Of a DNA stretch of 64,000 bases, positions 1 through 64,000 are shown in pieces. Source of the DNA: Hydrolagus affinis (lineage: Eukaryota); the NCBI GenBank assembly GCA_012026655.1, contig JAAILG010001452.1, positions 1 through 64,000 of the forward strand, in the 5' to 3' direction. The notes under the pieces were generated by a model. The model saw nothing but the letters and a program-made list of their open reading frames with translations. It was not told the origin of the DNA and did no database searches. The position numbers were made by a program, and so were the translations under genes. Position 1 is the stretch's first letter, and every line of letters begins with the position of its first letter.

Positions 1-399
1 TTCAATCAGATCAGCTAACTCAACACAAATTGACCTGCAATGCTCATTTTATTTCAGTAAGTAACTGGGGCGGGGGGTGGGGGGGGGGGGAGGTGGGGAG
101 GCAGAATGTACAAGCCTTTTACAAATACTTGTTTGGACATTGTTTTCATTTTATGGAAAAGACCCAATAATGCATCTTGATGTGATCTCTGTCATACCAC
201 CAAGTGTATTGTGCTTGTACAACAATAAAGAGGTTTGCCAAAAAAACTTTTAGGCAAATGGCAATATTCCGGTAATGGTTTTCAAAGATAATGATTTAGT
301 ATAAAATCTGAATCAAACAGTCGGACATTGTTGAACAGCCACCATCTGCTATTGGATTTGCAATCGCTTCAGATGTCTGTCTGTCTGATTGTTGTATCA

Positions 400-567
400 G
401 GAGTTTTAAGCAAACTCTTTTCTGTAAGAAGGTAGTTTCTCCTATTATTCTGGCTAGAATCACTAAATGGTCATTCACTTCATGGCTGTTTGTGGGATAT
501 CACAGTGTGCAAACAAATTTAACCCACAAAAATACCATCACTACAATTTACAATGAACTCTGTGAAG
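400..567 (+). mobile_element. Deu-domain-type SINE, 3' fragment
   Basis: Contains ggtcattcacttcatggctgtttgtgggatat...gtgtgcaaa, the body shared with the copies at 9440 and 13935. Truncated at the TA where a DNA transposon end begins. Boundaries approximate. Confidence 0.5.
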
Positions 568-569
568 TA

Positions 570-1080
570 CAGTAGAAGCCCGTTTATCCTTGACTCGATG
601 CACCGGCACTTCCGTAAAATTGGCAAGCCTCAAAAAAGTCCCCATTCGATAAACCGGAACTTATCCGGAACAATAGCAATAGAGCATTTGTAAATGCATA
701 AATAATAACATAATAACAGAATATTGCATTGGCACTCACCGTCAAAACTACTCTCCTGCACCTCCCACCCCCACTGATAGATGCTGCGCTTGAAGCCATG
801 ATGCTGCAGTTGAGGTTTACAGTCCAACGACCCCTCCCAAAATGAAGGATGCCAAGCGGGTGAAAAAAATTGACTTTAAAGTCATACTAGCGGCAAGCCG
901 ATAATGCTAGTCGATAACCCACATTGTCGCACAGGTGCAGTGTTTTGGTTTGCTGCTAGTAGAGTCTAGGGCTTCGGCTTGCAGCTAGTAAAGTCGCGCA
1001 ACTTTAAAATCGCGCTGCCGCTTCTTTCACCTGCCTAGCGTCCCCCATTCAAAAAAGAATCGCTGGACTGCAAACCTCAA
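570..1080. mobile_element. Tc1/mariner (pogo/Tigger-like) DNA transposon fragment, one TIR
   Basis: TA|CAGTAGAAGCCCGTTTATCC closely matches the TIR of the MITE at 57046-57262. The following ~500 bp is CpG-rich relative to the flanks. No second TIR seen, and the right boundary is approximate. Confidence 0.55.
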
Positions 1081-1229
1081 TCAGTAAAAGCACATGCTAG
1101 TTATGTCCAAAGAAGGGGATAAATTATATTCTTTTGATTAACATTAACAACCCAATATATCACACCGTATCTTGTCCAAGTTTCTGACAATGTTTCATAG
1201 ATAGTGCTAGATTTGCTAGAATATCTTAC

Positions 1230-53339
<52,110 letters not shown>

Positions 53340-55382
53340 CTGTGGACAAAGAAAGAAAGAGTCATTGACCATGTAAATATTCCTAACTGGAAGAATATTT
53401 TCATTGAGTAAGGCAAAAGTCATTTGAATTTGTCGAAGCAGCATTTTCACATTGCTATCAAATGTTGATTTAATTCATCCATTATTTGCAATGAGGAATA
53501 AATTTTTAAGTTAAGGTAAAATGATAATCCACAAAGCACGGTATTTGTTCAACGAGTCTACACTCTGCCCCTTCAAAGCATTGGCTTCTAGAATTAGGAA
53601 ATTGTCTATATCTGTCTAAGCAGCATTTTCACTGATGAACCGGACAGCAGGCCAATCATCAATGGATTGAACTTGGATTTTACCATGGAAAACTGCCTGC
53701 TCTTCTTTGAAATAGTAACATTGGAGTTTTAAACTCCACTTCAATCAGTAGATGGGATCAGCCTTTGACAGACATCTCTTGAAAGCCAGTTTAGTATCAG
53801 ACAAGCCCACTTACTTATTATATCAACCTTAAGAAGGTTAAATGATCAAGGTAAACAAACCCCAAACCTTCTCGGCTTCACTGAATGAGATCCCAGAATG
53901 TTTTAGACAAAGGTCTGGATGCGTTATTGCCAACTAAGCAGCAGCACACTAACTCATATGATATTTAATAAAGGTGTAGGTTGTATTTTCCAGGAAGAAT
54001 GGTTTGTGTACTTGTAATCTTGGGCTTCATTTAATAATGCATGAGCGAAAACCTCTGGAAGATGAATCAAAGCAGCACTTCCCCGCAATACTAAATAAAA
54101 TTTCAGGTTAATAGTGTCATAATTGTTTGAGACTTGAAAGCAAAGTAAAAGATCAAAATCTGTCAAGTGAAACGGGTGGTTTATAGAAATCAATGGATAA
54201 TCTAGCTGTCTAATGAGATCAATATTCTAAAATATCCACAGACACAACAAAATTCCGTGACTTGAACAATTGTTCTTACTTCCAATGGAACATATCAAAT
54301 TATAGTGTTAATGGAGGATAAACCAGAGAGGCTGGCCACCAATCAACACATGTCTTGGATCTTACTGTAAAGAACTCCCCGTTTTTTCTTTTCACAGCAA
54401 AAGAGGGTTCTGGAAGAACCGAAGAAACTTGCAAGATTCACGTAAACAGTAACATTTCATTTTAAATGGAGAAAAAATTATGGTACCTATTGTAGCACTG
54501 ACAATGATTTTCATAACACATACCACACCTTTCCCCCTGTAATAATCCCAATTTATCCTTTTGCCGATTTGTGCTCTAGAAATACAGAGTTTGGCTGGAA
54601 TACAGTTCCACAGGTATCATCACTCCTCCATACCTTCCCCAAGACTGAGTGAAATATGGTAACCTTTTTTTAAAGTCAAAATTGTCATTCAATACTTGGC
54701 TCAATAAATTCACCAAAAATAGCTGCTCCACATGGAAAATTATTCATTTTACATTAAATTAAAATAAGTACCATCTCAAGACCCTGTAGATAAGTACTGA
54801 AACCATGGAAATTGTTCACACATAATCAGAAAACATTATTTTAATATTCATTATCAAATTATCATAAAATTATACACGTTTAGACTGCTCTTGAATTAGT
54901 TTATCATAAAAGCACAGTTTAAGCAGAAGCTAACCCCTTCGCTAATGTGCACCTTGTCAATGCTGCCATCCGAAATTTGAATTCCCAGAAGAAATCAATT
55001 GCTTGATGTTCTTGTAAAATTATTCATACTAATACATGATGACGTTCATATTTTTGGTATCCATCATTTAATGTTTAACTTTTCACAGTTATGAGCCAAT
55101 GCGACAATCAATTTGTGGTAAAGATTCTACTGTGTTGAATTGTTGAGGTCCTGTTATTGAAGATCTGATTTGGAGAATGGCACCTACGAAGTAACATAAT
55201 AAATATTGTCTCATTCATGACAATACTTGACTTTCAACGTGTTGATTGAAGTTTATAAGAGTACAGGTCCAAAGTGGTATTGCCAATGATATTTCATGTG
55301 ATTGTTTATTTCCAATGCTTAGCACAAAACTCCTTTAATTATTTTTTGAAGCAAAACAGGATTTAAACAAAGCAGAATTATG

Positions 55383-55697
55383 TAATAATAATAATTCTTG
55401 CATTTGATGTAGCACTTTCCATGTCTTTGACGTCTCAAAGCGCTTCACATAATACACTGCAAAGTGAATTACAGGTAATTGTATATGTTGTAGGTGAGAC
55501 GCGGGAGCCAATTGCGTACAACAGTGTCCCACAAACAGTCATGGATTGAGTAACCAAATTATTATTGATTTTTCTGGAGGGATTACTATCAGACTTTTGG
55601 AGTTAGGAAACTTGCCCAAGGGTTCCCCCTGCCGAGAATCAAACTCAGGACTCCTACTTGCAAGGTGATTCCCATAACCACTGAGCTACAGGATTCC
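55383..55697 (-). mobile_element. tRNA-derived SINE, full length
   Basis: Reverse complement of the 34238 family, ending ctgagctacaggattcc. Immediately followed by another SINE tail at 55698-55790. Confidence 0.85.
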
Positions 55698-55919
55698 TAA
55701 ATAATAAAAATGCTTGCATTTTGATATAACACTTTTCACTTTGAGAGCACATCTGAAAGCACTTCACAGAATTCAGCATAGACTGTCATTCTGTAGGTGA
55801 ATTAAATGTTTATATTTGTTTGCCAACACTTATTTAGTTTTATCCAGTACAAAATAACCAATGTCCCTGTCTGTGGAACATGAATCTCAACTGTTGTAAT
55901 GGTTCAATTTCTACCTAAG

Positions 55920-56050
55920 TAGCAACAAAATTACATTTGCATAGCACCTTTCACGTTGGGAAGATGTCCCAAGGCACTGGACAGTCAGTATTTAGGACCC
56001 GAGCTGGGGATGAGATCGGGAAGGGTGGAGGGAAGGGGGTTGACTGACGG
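55920..56050 (-). mobile_element. L2-clade LINE 3' end (short)
   Basis: caacaaaattacatttgcatagcacctttcacgttgggaagatgtcccaaggcactggacagtcag. Confidence 0.7.
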
Positions 56051-57045
56051 CAACGTTACAGTATCTCCAAGCACCTGGGGATGATTTTATTCACGATGAG
56101 TGGCATAGGGGTCAGTGAGAGGAGTTGAAATTGGATTTTGAATTGAAGAGATGCTTTGTCTGATAGACAGCAACACTACTAAAAACCCAGTGCAGCAATC
56201 ATCCATTTGATTCCAAGAGTCAATGACAATTTCAGCTGTAGTCTCAATTGGCTCTACTTCACCCACGCTAGTCTGCACCATAGGGAAAAATAACTGCAGG
56301 CACAGGATTTTTGAAAACGCTGGGTGGTGTTCAAAGAATAAAGTATTGTTCACTGTATTTGCTGTTCTTGGCAATTCAAGCAAGTCTTATTACTTGCATC
56401 TTTATCAGTTGCACATGTCCTTGCAGTATTGAAAACTAAGCTGAGCTTCATGCTGTTTGGAGAAAGAACGAGGCAATTTCAAAGATTATTGACAACTGAG
56501 CCCTATACTTTAGCATTTCCTCTCCTTCAGAGAATAGTTGCTCTGACATGAAGAAGCATTTACTTTCCATAACCTAAGCAAATTGTCTCTGTGCAATAGC
56601 ATCAGTGATCACAAGCTCTTCTTCCAAATATAGACAATTGCATCATAAGTTTCCAAAATTCTTCACATTCGTGGTTTCTAGAAACAAGCTTACATCCGTA
56701 GCTATTTGAAGTTCCAATTATACATAAACATATTTCGAGTAAACTACAGACATCTCCTATGGACATCAACAAGAGAGGACCATATGTTGACATGAAACAA
56801 CCATTTAACATGAATTAACATAGGATGTTCACCAATATCCTCTTTCACTATAAAATTACAACTCACTTTATTTCCTCTTTACATTGATGTAATTAATTCC
56901 TTATGAATCTTTGATTAGGACACATGGCATTGCAGTAATTTATTACTATTCTTTCATATACAGTACATTTACAAATGAAATCTAGTTTATAGAGGCTCAG
57001 TAATCTCTTTTGTGTCCCTGCAAACAGATACTCTGAATATATATA

Positions 57046-57262
57046 TACTAAAAGCCCGTTTATCTGGCACCCTCGGGACCTGACCAATGACGGTTAAAGC
57101 GCCTGCTGGATATTCGGCTGAAAACACAATTTAAAAAAAAAAAAAAAATTTCAATGCATTTTTCCAGATAAATTCCGGTTAATTGAATGTGGACCTTTTT
57201 TTGCGATGCCGGTTATACGGAAATTACAGTTGATTGGGTGCCGGATAAATGGACTTTTACTG
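57046..57262. mobile_element. Tc1/mariner (pogo/Tigger-like) MITE, ~217 bp
   Basis: Left tactaaaagcccgtttatctggcaccc and right gggtgccggataaatggacttttactg are ~27-bp imperfect TIRs flanked by TA; no coding capacity. Confidence 0.8.
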
Positions 57263-57554
57263 TAGTTGAATAAAATTAGGGTTTCAACGCCATTTAAACT
57301 TGAGTAATCCTGAGACGCTGTCCGGCGTGGAGAGTGCTATATAAATCTGAGTTGTTGTTGTTGTTGTAGTTGACAGGTGAGGTTTTGACATACATAGGGG
57401 TCCCTGGCATGTAAGGGAATCTCACGCTGAGAAATAATGATCCTACCACCACTACTACAGCAATTGGGTTGTTTCATCCTCAGTTATTTCTATTCTTTTC
57501 AAGATTTGGGCGTAACATAGTCTGTCATCATCTGACCTATTCCATTTAACAGTG

Positions 57555-57810
57555 CAACAATAATAACAACAAAATTATATTTATAGAGCGCCCTTCATAT
57601 CTAGAGGATGTTCCAAGGCGCTGAACAGGTCGGGAGGGACCCAAGCAAGGGTTAAGGGGCAGGGTAGGGGGGAAAGGAGGGAGAGAGTTTGGGAGGGGAG
57701 GGAGAGAGTTGGGAGGGTGGCAGAAGGCACGATCGAAGAGTAGAGTCTTGAGACCAGCCTTGAAGAAGGTAAGGAAGCGAGGCCAAGGGATTGTGGGATG
57801 GATTTCCAGG
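57555..57810 (-). mobile_element. L2-clade LINE 3' fragment
   Basis: Minus-strand translation ...FFKAGLKTLLFDRAF plus the family 3'UTR and (aac)n tail. Confidence 0.8.
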
Positions 57811-58534
57811 GTATTAATTCCAAACCAATGGGAAGAAAAATGCCACTCTTCTAAAACAGAAACACTGATCAGGGAAACGCAGTCATTATTCCAACAAGCT
57901 TCTCCAACAAGTATTACCAGCCTCAGGGATTGTGTCGAGTTAAAAAAAAATTTATACATGTACCCAGATTTGGTTTAGAAAATGTGGTCACCCGAATGGC
58001 CACAGCAAAGTGCACCCTTGTTAATTGGTACAGCAATTAGAATTAAAATGTTGAAACTGTGATCAACATTTTTTAGCCTAAAAAAAATGCAGATCAAGCC
58101 AAGAAATCTTGAAAACACAATTGAAATTAAACTTTTTTTTATAAAAAAAAAGTGGGCAGTTTCCTCCACAACTGAACAGACAAAGTCTTGATTTTCAGAC
58201 CACACAACTAGTAGTCCTACAAGACCCATCCCCATGAGTAACCTTGCCGCCCCCTCTGGTTTTATTGTATTATACTGCTTTACTTAAAAAAACATAATCA
58301 AGTGCTTGCATCCTTGTCTCTCACAAGGCAGCACATGTAAAGCAGTGTGCCAATCCCAAACCGAAAGTTCATCCACGTCCTGAATATTTCTCTAATGTCT
58401 AAGGAGGCACTTCTATCACGTCCCCTGAAAAGAATACAAGAATGGCTGGTTGTCAATTCTTCCCTTGCATTTATTTTACCAATAGTATTAAGAGTCTGCT
58501 CGACTGAACAACCCACTTTTAGATACTGAAGTTG

Positions 58535-58861
58535 TAATACTAATGCTTGCATTTGATATAGTGTTTTTCATGTCTTCTGGATGTCTCAAAGCGCTTCACA
58601 GAATATAATAATACGGTAAAGTGAATTGACTATATTTTGTGGGCGAAACGCGGCAGCCAATTGCACACAGTAGTGTCCCACAAACAGTCATGGATTAAAG
58701 TGATCAATGTATTCTTATTGTATTTTTCTTGATGGATTATTATTAGGCATGTGTATATGTGTGGAGTAGGGAAACTTGCCCAAGGTTTTGCCCAGCCAGG
58801 AATCAAACCCAGGTCTCTTGCTTGAGAGGCAAGTGCTCTAATCACTGAGCTACAGGACTCC
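58535..58861 (-). mobile_element. tRNA-derived SINE, full length
   Basis: Reverse complement of the 34238 family, with head ...ggaatcaaacccaggtctc...cactgagctacaggactcc. Confidence 0.85.
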
Positions 58862-59008
58862 TACACATGCTATTGCAAACGCATAATAACATTATTATTA
58901 TGATGATTATTATTGTCGTTGGAGTCCCACAGCCAGTTATCAACTTGCTTTCATTTCCATGAAAGTTGTCCCTTATACCTGACAGCACCTTGGTAATTCA
59001 ATCCACAA

Positions 59009-59165
59009 CTGTTTGTGGGATGCTGCTGTACGCAATTATCTGCCACATTTCACCCACCAAACATTGACAATTCACTTCAGGTACACTCTGTGAAGTGCCC
59101 TGAGACGTCTCAAAGACATGGCAAAGAATTGTATCAAACGCAAGGATTAACACTATTATTTATTA
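59009..59165 (+). mobile_element. tRNA-SINE 3' half
   Basis: ctgtttgtgggatgctgctgtacgcaatt...ctgtgaagtgccctgagacgtctcaaagacatg...atcaaacgcaaggatta. Confidence 0.7.
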
Positions 59166-60647
59166 CCATGGTCAGGTGTGGTTGATTATCAATACTTTCC
59201 AGAAATGTTAACACATTTACAAACAAAAAATAATGGATAACATCCTAAGGAAAACAGTGATGTGATTTTTTTAATTTTATAATTTTCTCTCACCTGCTTC
59301 TCAAGACTATGGTTCACGCTACAGTTGCTTGTGTATTGACAAAGCTTTCCGCTTAACTTCACAAAAGTGACCATATTTTACGCATGAGCCTAAAAACAGC
59401 AAATTGTATATGGACCTGATTCTGCCCTCACCCAATTCGCAAAGAGTTGCTCCTTCCATCAGGAATCACATGATCTGGAATGAAAACCTTAGCTGATTAC
59501 CTTTCCCTCCTTCAAAGCCCTTGCAAAATAGTGAGAGGTATCCAAGTATATTCCCCTTTGTCAATGCTCAGAGCTTTGTAACACAACACGATTCAGGGCT
59601 ACCACATTGTGACACCACTAATCATGAATGCTCATTACGTGGGAAGTGATTTTTCCAGCCAACAAATGGCACGAGATTCACCTAAAAGCACCGTGAAACC
59701 GTCTGGTCTACATATCCAACAAAACACAAATCTGAAGAGCACTCAAATTGTAAATAAATTGATTAATAATGGGGGCCCACTTTGACAGGGTTTGACTTTT
59801 GAATCCCAAATGATTATTTGTTTTAAGTAACTGTCAATTCTGATTGGGATTAACCATATACTCTACATTGTTGAATTATTCTACACAATACAGTAGAATC
59901 ACAATAGAATCAATAAAGTAGCACATAGTCCTTCCACCCACCAAACAAAACATTTGCTATTCACATTTGCTGAAAAAAATTGGATTTTCAAATCAAATAG
60001 TCGAGTTCTTGAACCAGACCGATCCACTGCAGTACAGTGCATGAATGACCACAAACCAGCCTGCCTGACTCATTGGAAGGACAAGCAGGGACAGACCAGT
60101 CACTGGAAGGAGGGTTTCTTCCCAATGAACTCCTGCTAACATCACAAGCTAAAGGCCTACCATAGGATGGTCTGATCTAGACATACAATGGAAAAATTGA
60201 TAGACAGAGTTTGCCACTGTCAACGGAAAACTATGCAATTTTAATTAGGTAAACCCCAACTATACCCCTGTGCGGTGGCCCAAGCTTTGGCTTTTGTCAA
60301 TCTGTGCCTAACACTCTCCACGATTAAGTCACCAGGATGCGCCCTCCAGAGAAAGAATACACATCCCAGACACAAAGAAATGTTTATGTGTAGGTTGCAT
60401 ACCATTAAGCATGGTGATGGGATTCCAAGTGTCAGATACCCAGCTCACTAAATAAAGATAATAGTTTATCCAAATGCACAGAAATCTAGATTTATTGGGG
60501 GTTGATGTTGAACTTGCACATTTTTAAATTATAAACTGTTCCCGGTGATCAAGTCACTATTTTATTGTCATACAGATTTCATCCGAGTGTCACATAAATG
60601 GCTGCCATGTGATTGGGTTCACTGGTGAAGATTGTTACTTTGATGCT

Positions 60648-60956
60648 GATAATAATAATAATCCTTGCATTTGATATAGTGCTTTTCATATCTTCTAGAT
60701 GTCTCAAAGCACTTCACAGAATATACAATAAAGTGAATTGACTTTCTTGTTGTGGGCGAAACGCATCAGTCAATTGCACACAGCAGTGTCCCACAAACAG
60801 TCCTGGTTTGAAATGACCAATTTATTCTTGTGTTTTTTTGGGGAGTTATTATTAAGGAAACTTGCCCAAGGTTTCGCCTTGCCTAGAATTGAACCCAGGT
60901 CTCTCGCTTGTAAAGTGAGTGCTCTAACCACTGAGTGAGCTAAGCTACAGGACTCC
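60648..60956 (-). mobile_element. tRNA-derived SINE, full length
   Basis: Reverse complement of the 34238 family: (aat)n tail to head ...attgaacccaggtctctcgcttgtaaag...gctacaggactcc. Confidence 0.85.
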
Positions 60957-62010
60957 ATGATCAATTAAGAAGGTAAATGCATTTCCTGTTTATGTATTGG
61001 CAGCATCAGGTTTTGGTGTACTGTGAATCTATTACGGATGGTGAAGTGATCGGTTTTAAATATCTGGTACTAGCTGATCTGAGGAGAAATGTGGCCTTAT
61101 TGCAGTGATGCGTCCAATGTCTGAGGGTCAATGGCGGGGATGGTATACAACTGTACAGTGTCATATAGTCATCCGATCCTTTACAATATATTAGAGATGA
61201 AAGAGACCTTGTGGTATTAATGCATCCATTCAATGTCCTACAAATTCAAAATACAGTAATTACAACCCAAGGTCCTCAGCAAATGCACTACTCCTCCCAT
61301 TCCTTAATCTTGCACAATGATTGAAGATACACTAAAGAACACAAAGGACATACTGTAGATAGATAAAAACTAAAATGTGACCCAAATCACATTTTAGATT
61401 TGTGTATTGTGGCTTTGATATTTAGACTAAAAAGGACCAGAATTGCAGACTCCCAAAGTCAAATTCCTGTAGCTACTCATGGCAAGCATTTTCAACATGG
61501 GTGGAGGTGATCATAAATTGAGCTTCTCATTGAACTCCCCTCTGAGCATACCTAAATAATCAATATGAGGCCCACTGACAGCAGCTTCACAGTTGAAATA
61601 TTTGTGACTTACTTAAAAGCTGTGTTGATAATGAAGATACTTTCTCATCTTATTTTCAATGGCACTTTCAATTGCAATTTATACGAACTGTAGTGTGAAT
61701 AAAGCATTTGTTACACTTTCAGTGGTTTGAAATCTGATGCCAGAAGTCCGATTGCAATCCAATCCCTGCATGTTGGAACAATTGCATGCATGTTGGATGC
61801 ATTAGCACTTTGGCTTGTCTTAAACTACCAAGATAAATTTCTGCAGATGCTGACAACCCACAATGTATGCACACATACACACACGCTAATTTGATCGAGT
61901 CCAGCCACAGCTCAGACTTACCTATATCTGATATTCAGGTTGAATTACAATTTTCACTTCATATCGGATAGTTGTTTCCAAAATGTGTGCCATGATTTAT
62001 CCTGTTAATC

Positions 62011-62250
62011 CTGCAAGCCAAAGCCCTAACGGGTAGGGTGGTCCTAGCTGGACAAGCAGCAGGAAAGCTTGCCAGGTGACCATATCGATGACAAGCTGTC
62101 CGGTTTTAGTTGGTTAGACTCCAGCAGTACCCTAACAAACATTCTGGGGTCCCCAAGCCTTGGCACTTACCAACCGGTGCCTAATACTTTCCAGAAACTA
62201 GGTAAGCAAGATGTGTCTCTCCAGGGACAGAGTGTGCATTCTATTCCAAC
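62011..62250. repeat. Unclassified 240-bp interspersed repeat, copy 2 (inverted relative to copy 1)
   Basis: Reverse-complement match to 29951-30190. Confidence 0.8.
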
Positions 62251-64000
62251 TACCTCTGGGATCCTCATGCGTAGGTGGGATGCATGGAATTCTCAGCTTG
62301 GTTTGGTTACTCTTAAGCATGGTGAAGGGTAACTGCATGTGTCAGACACACGACTGACTTAAAAAAAATCTTTATCCTGTCAGCTAACCTCTGATCCCTA
62401 AGGAAAAGAACTATTGGCATTCGTGGAGAGTAAGCACTTTGGCAATGCAATATGTCTATTGCTCATTTGTTACTAAATCATTTCATTATAAGTTTCCTGG
62501 ACGTCCTGCAGATTAATTTCTGTGATCCATTGGTTATGAGCAAAACAGAATAAAAATATTGAACTCAGCAATGTTCTACGGACTATGATTTCATGCGTAA
62601 ACAGCTGGAAAGAAAGGAGCTTCTTGTGCTCATTATGATCAATCTCCCCCAAATCATTATTATTATTTTCTGGCTTCTGAAATACTCGAATCGCATCAGA
62701 TTCAATTTAGCAGTAAACATGTCAGAATGATAATAAGCTTTAAAATGCAGCATTTACTGCTCAGAACACTTGATGAATATGCAGATTTTTTTTTGTAAAA
62801 TGCCTTTGGATGCATACGCTATCATACTGGTTAATGCTACCGGGACTGAGTTAGATTTTAATAGCCGGAAAAATTTGGGTGTGCCAGCAATGTGCAGAGA
62901 ATTTCCTCCGAGTGCTACATCAAGAAGATATCTTTTGGGTGTGGGTTGTATGAAGTCTGGGGTAGTGTCTCCATATTGGGAAAGAAGTGAAGCCAACTCC
63001 CTGCACAAGTCTGCCTTCTACTGGTTAAGCATAGAACACTAATAGTATAGTATTTAAGCCACTAAGGAATCCACCACTCACTCCTCCTTTTTGACAGATC
63101 CATGCACAGCTCTGATGGAAATTTGGTGACGATGATAAGAAATGTAAAAGAACAACTCCAAACACAAATGGAGGTAGAAGGGGCCATGCTCCAAATTAAT
63201 GTTTTAATACAATCGCAATTGTGATTGTTAATGACTACAACAGAGATGTATATTATTATAGAGAACACAATTGTGGTTTATTGAAAATGGTACTGCAACA
63301 TTGTCACTATAGTTTTAAATGTGAATTAATTATATTCTCTGATTCTCATTGATTATTCGTCAATTGTAGTTTTCGAGTTTTTCACTTTGCAAATGGTACG
63401 AATATGAAAAAGGAGCATTCAGATGAAACAACTAAAATAGATATTGTATTTATGTGAACTGGTACAGTAGATTTTCAGAAGAAAAGTAAATAGAATCCAA
63501 ACTGGAAACTAAACCTAATCTCGGCACAAGCTTACAAATAGGACACAGTTGATAGATTCCACTGGCATCCTAATATATTTATTGAAAGTTCTCTGAAACT
63601 GAAGGCACGAGTGAGCAGGAGGAGCTTGCCACATCACCTGCTGAGCCATGGGACTCAGACTATCTTGGAAACCAGAAGCACAGTCCATGCTTTCAGAATG
63701 GACTCAGTTAACAGGTTAGGTGCGAGCATAGCACAGATCTGTGACGTCTTAACTTTTTCTATGCCTGGTAAATGTTAAATGTTGTTGTTAAATGTCAAAA
63801 ATCTTAACATTCTCTCACTTCTCCCACTTTCGATGTTACAGCAATGACCTCAGTGAATTTAAGTCGACCACAGGGCATTACACAAATAATTAAAAATGAC
63901 TGAATTTATGCAAGATTATTATTCAATCAAAAGCTACACTGTTACTATAAATAGGAAATTAGTGATATACCCAAAGCATGCTATGGTAATTAATTCAGCG

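Noticed and set aside
67-100. G-quadruplex-capable G-tracts (also ~35075, ~36000, ~50955)
   Set aside because: Simple G-runs are common in these introns and nothing links them to a function.
63209-63222. Paired SOX site ACAAT-cgca-ATTGT in intron 1
   Set aside because: Spacing is shorter than the canonical SOXE dimer, and such 5-mers are frequent in AT-rich DNA.
53340-64000. COL11A1 exon 1 or promoter
   Set aside because: No signal-peptide exon with a phase-1 donor and no CpG island seen; the region looks like repeat-rich intron 1.

Overview
Vertebrate, AT-rich, repeat-dense genomic DNA containing the 5' coding part of a fibrillar collagen alpha-1(XI) gene (COL11A1) on the minus strand. The repeat families suggest a cartilaginous fish, plausibly a holocephalan such as Callorhinchus (inference). 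I placed 18 GT-AG-bounded, phase-consistent exons (2-5, 6A, 6B, 7-18). They encode the TSPN/PARP N-propeptide, the alternatively spliced variable region with both the acidic 6A and lysine-rich 6B exons, the minor helix, the N-telopeptide and the first 54-bp exons of the major triple helix. Exon 1 lies beyond the right edge and exons 19+ beyond the left edge. Introns are filled with tRNA-derived SINEs, Deu-domain SINEs, L2/CR1 LINE 3' fragments and Tc1/mariner-type MITEs, plus one 100-N gap. Most ORF-track entries are intronic noise. I see no convincing new biological system. The best leads are the 6A/6B/7/8 cassette, a candidate 9-nt microexon or poison exon in intron 7, a pentapeptide repeat in exon 8, Pro loss in the helix, recurrent back-to-back retroelement tails and an unclassified 240-bp repeat. 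Human comparisons and repeat family names come from recall, not searches.
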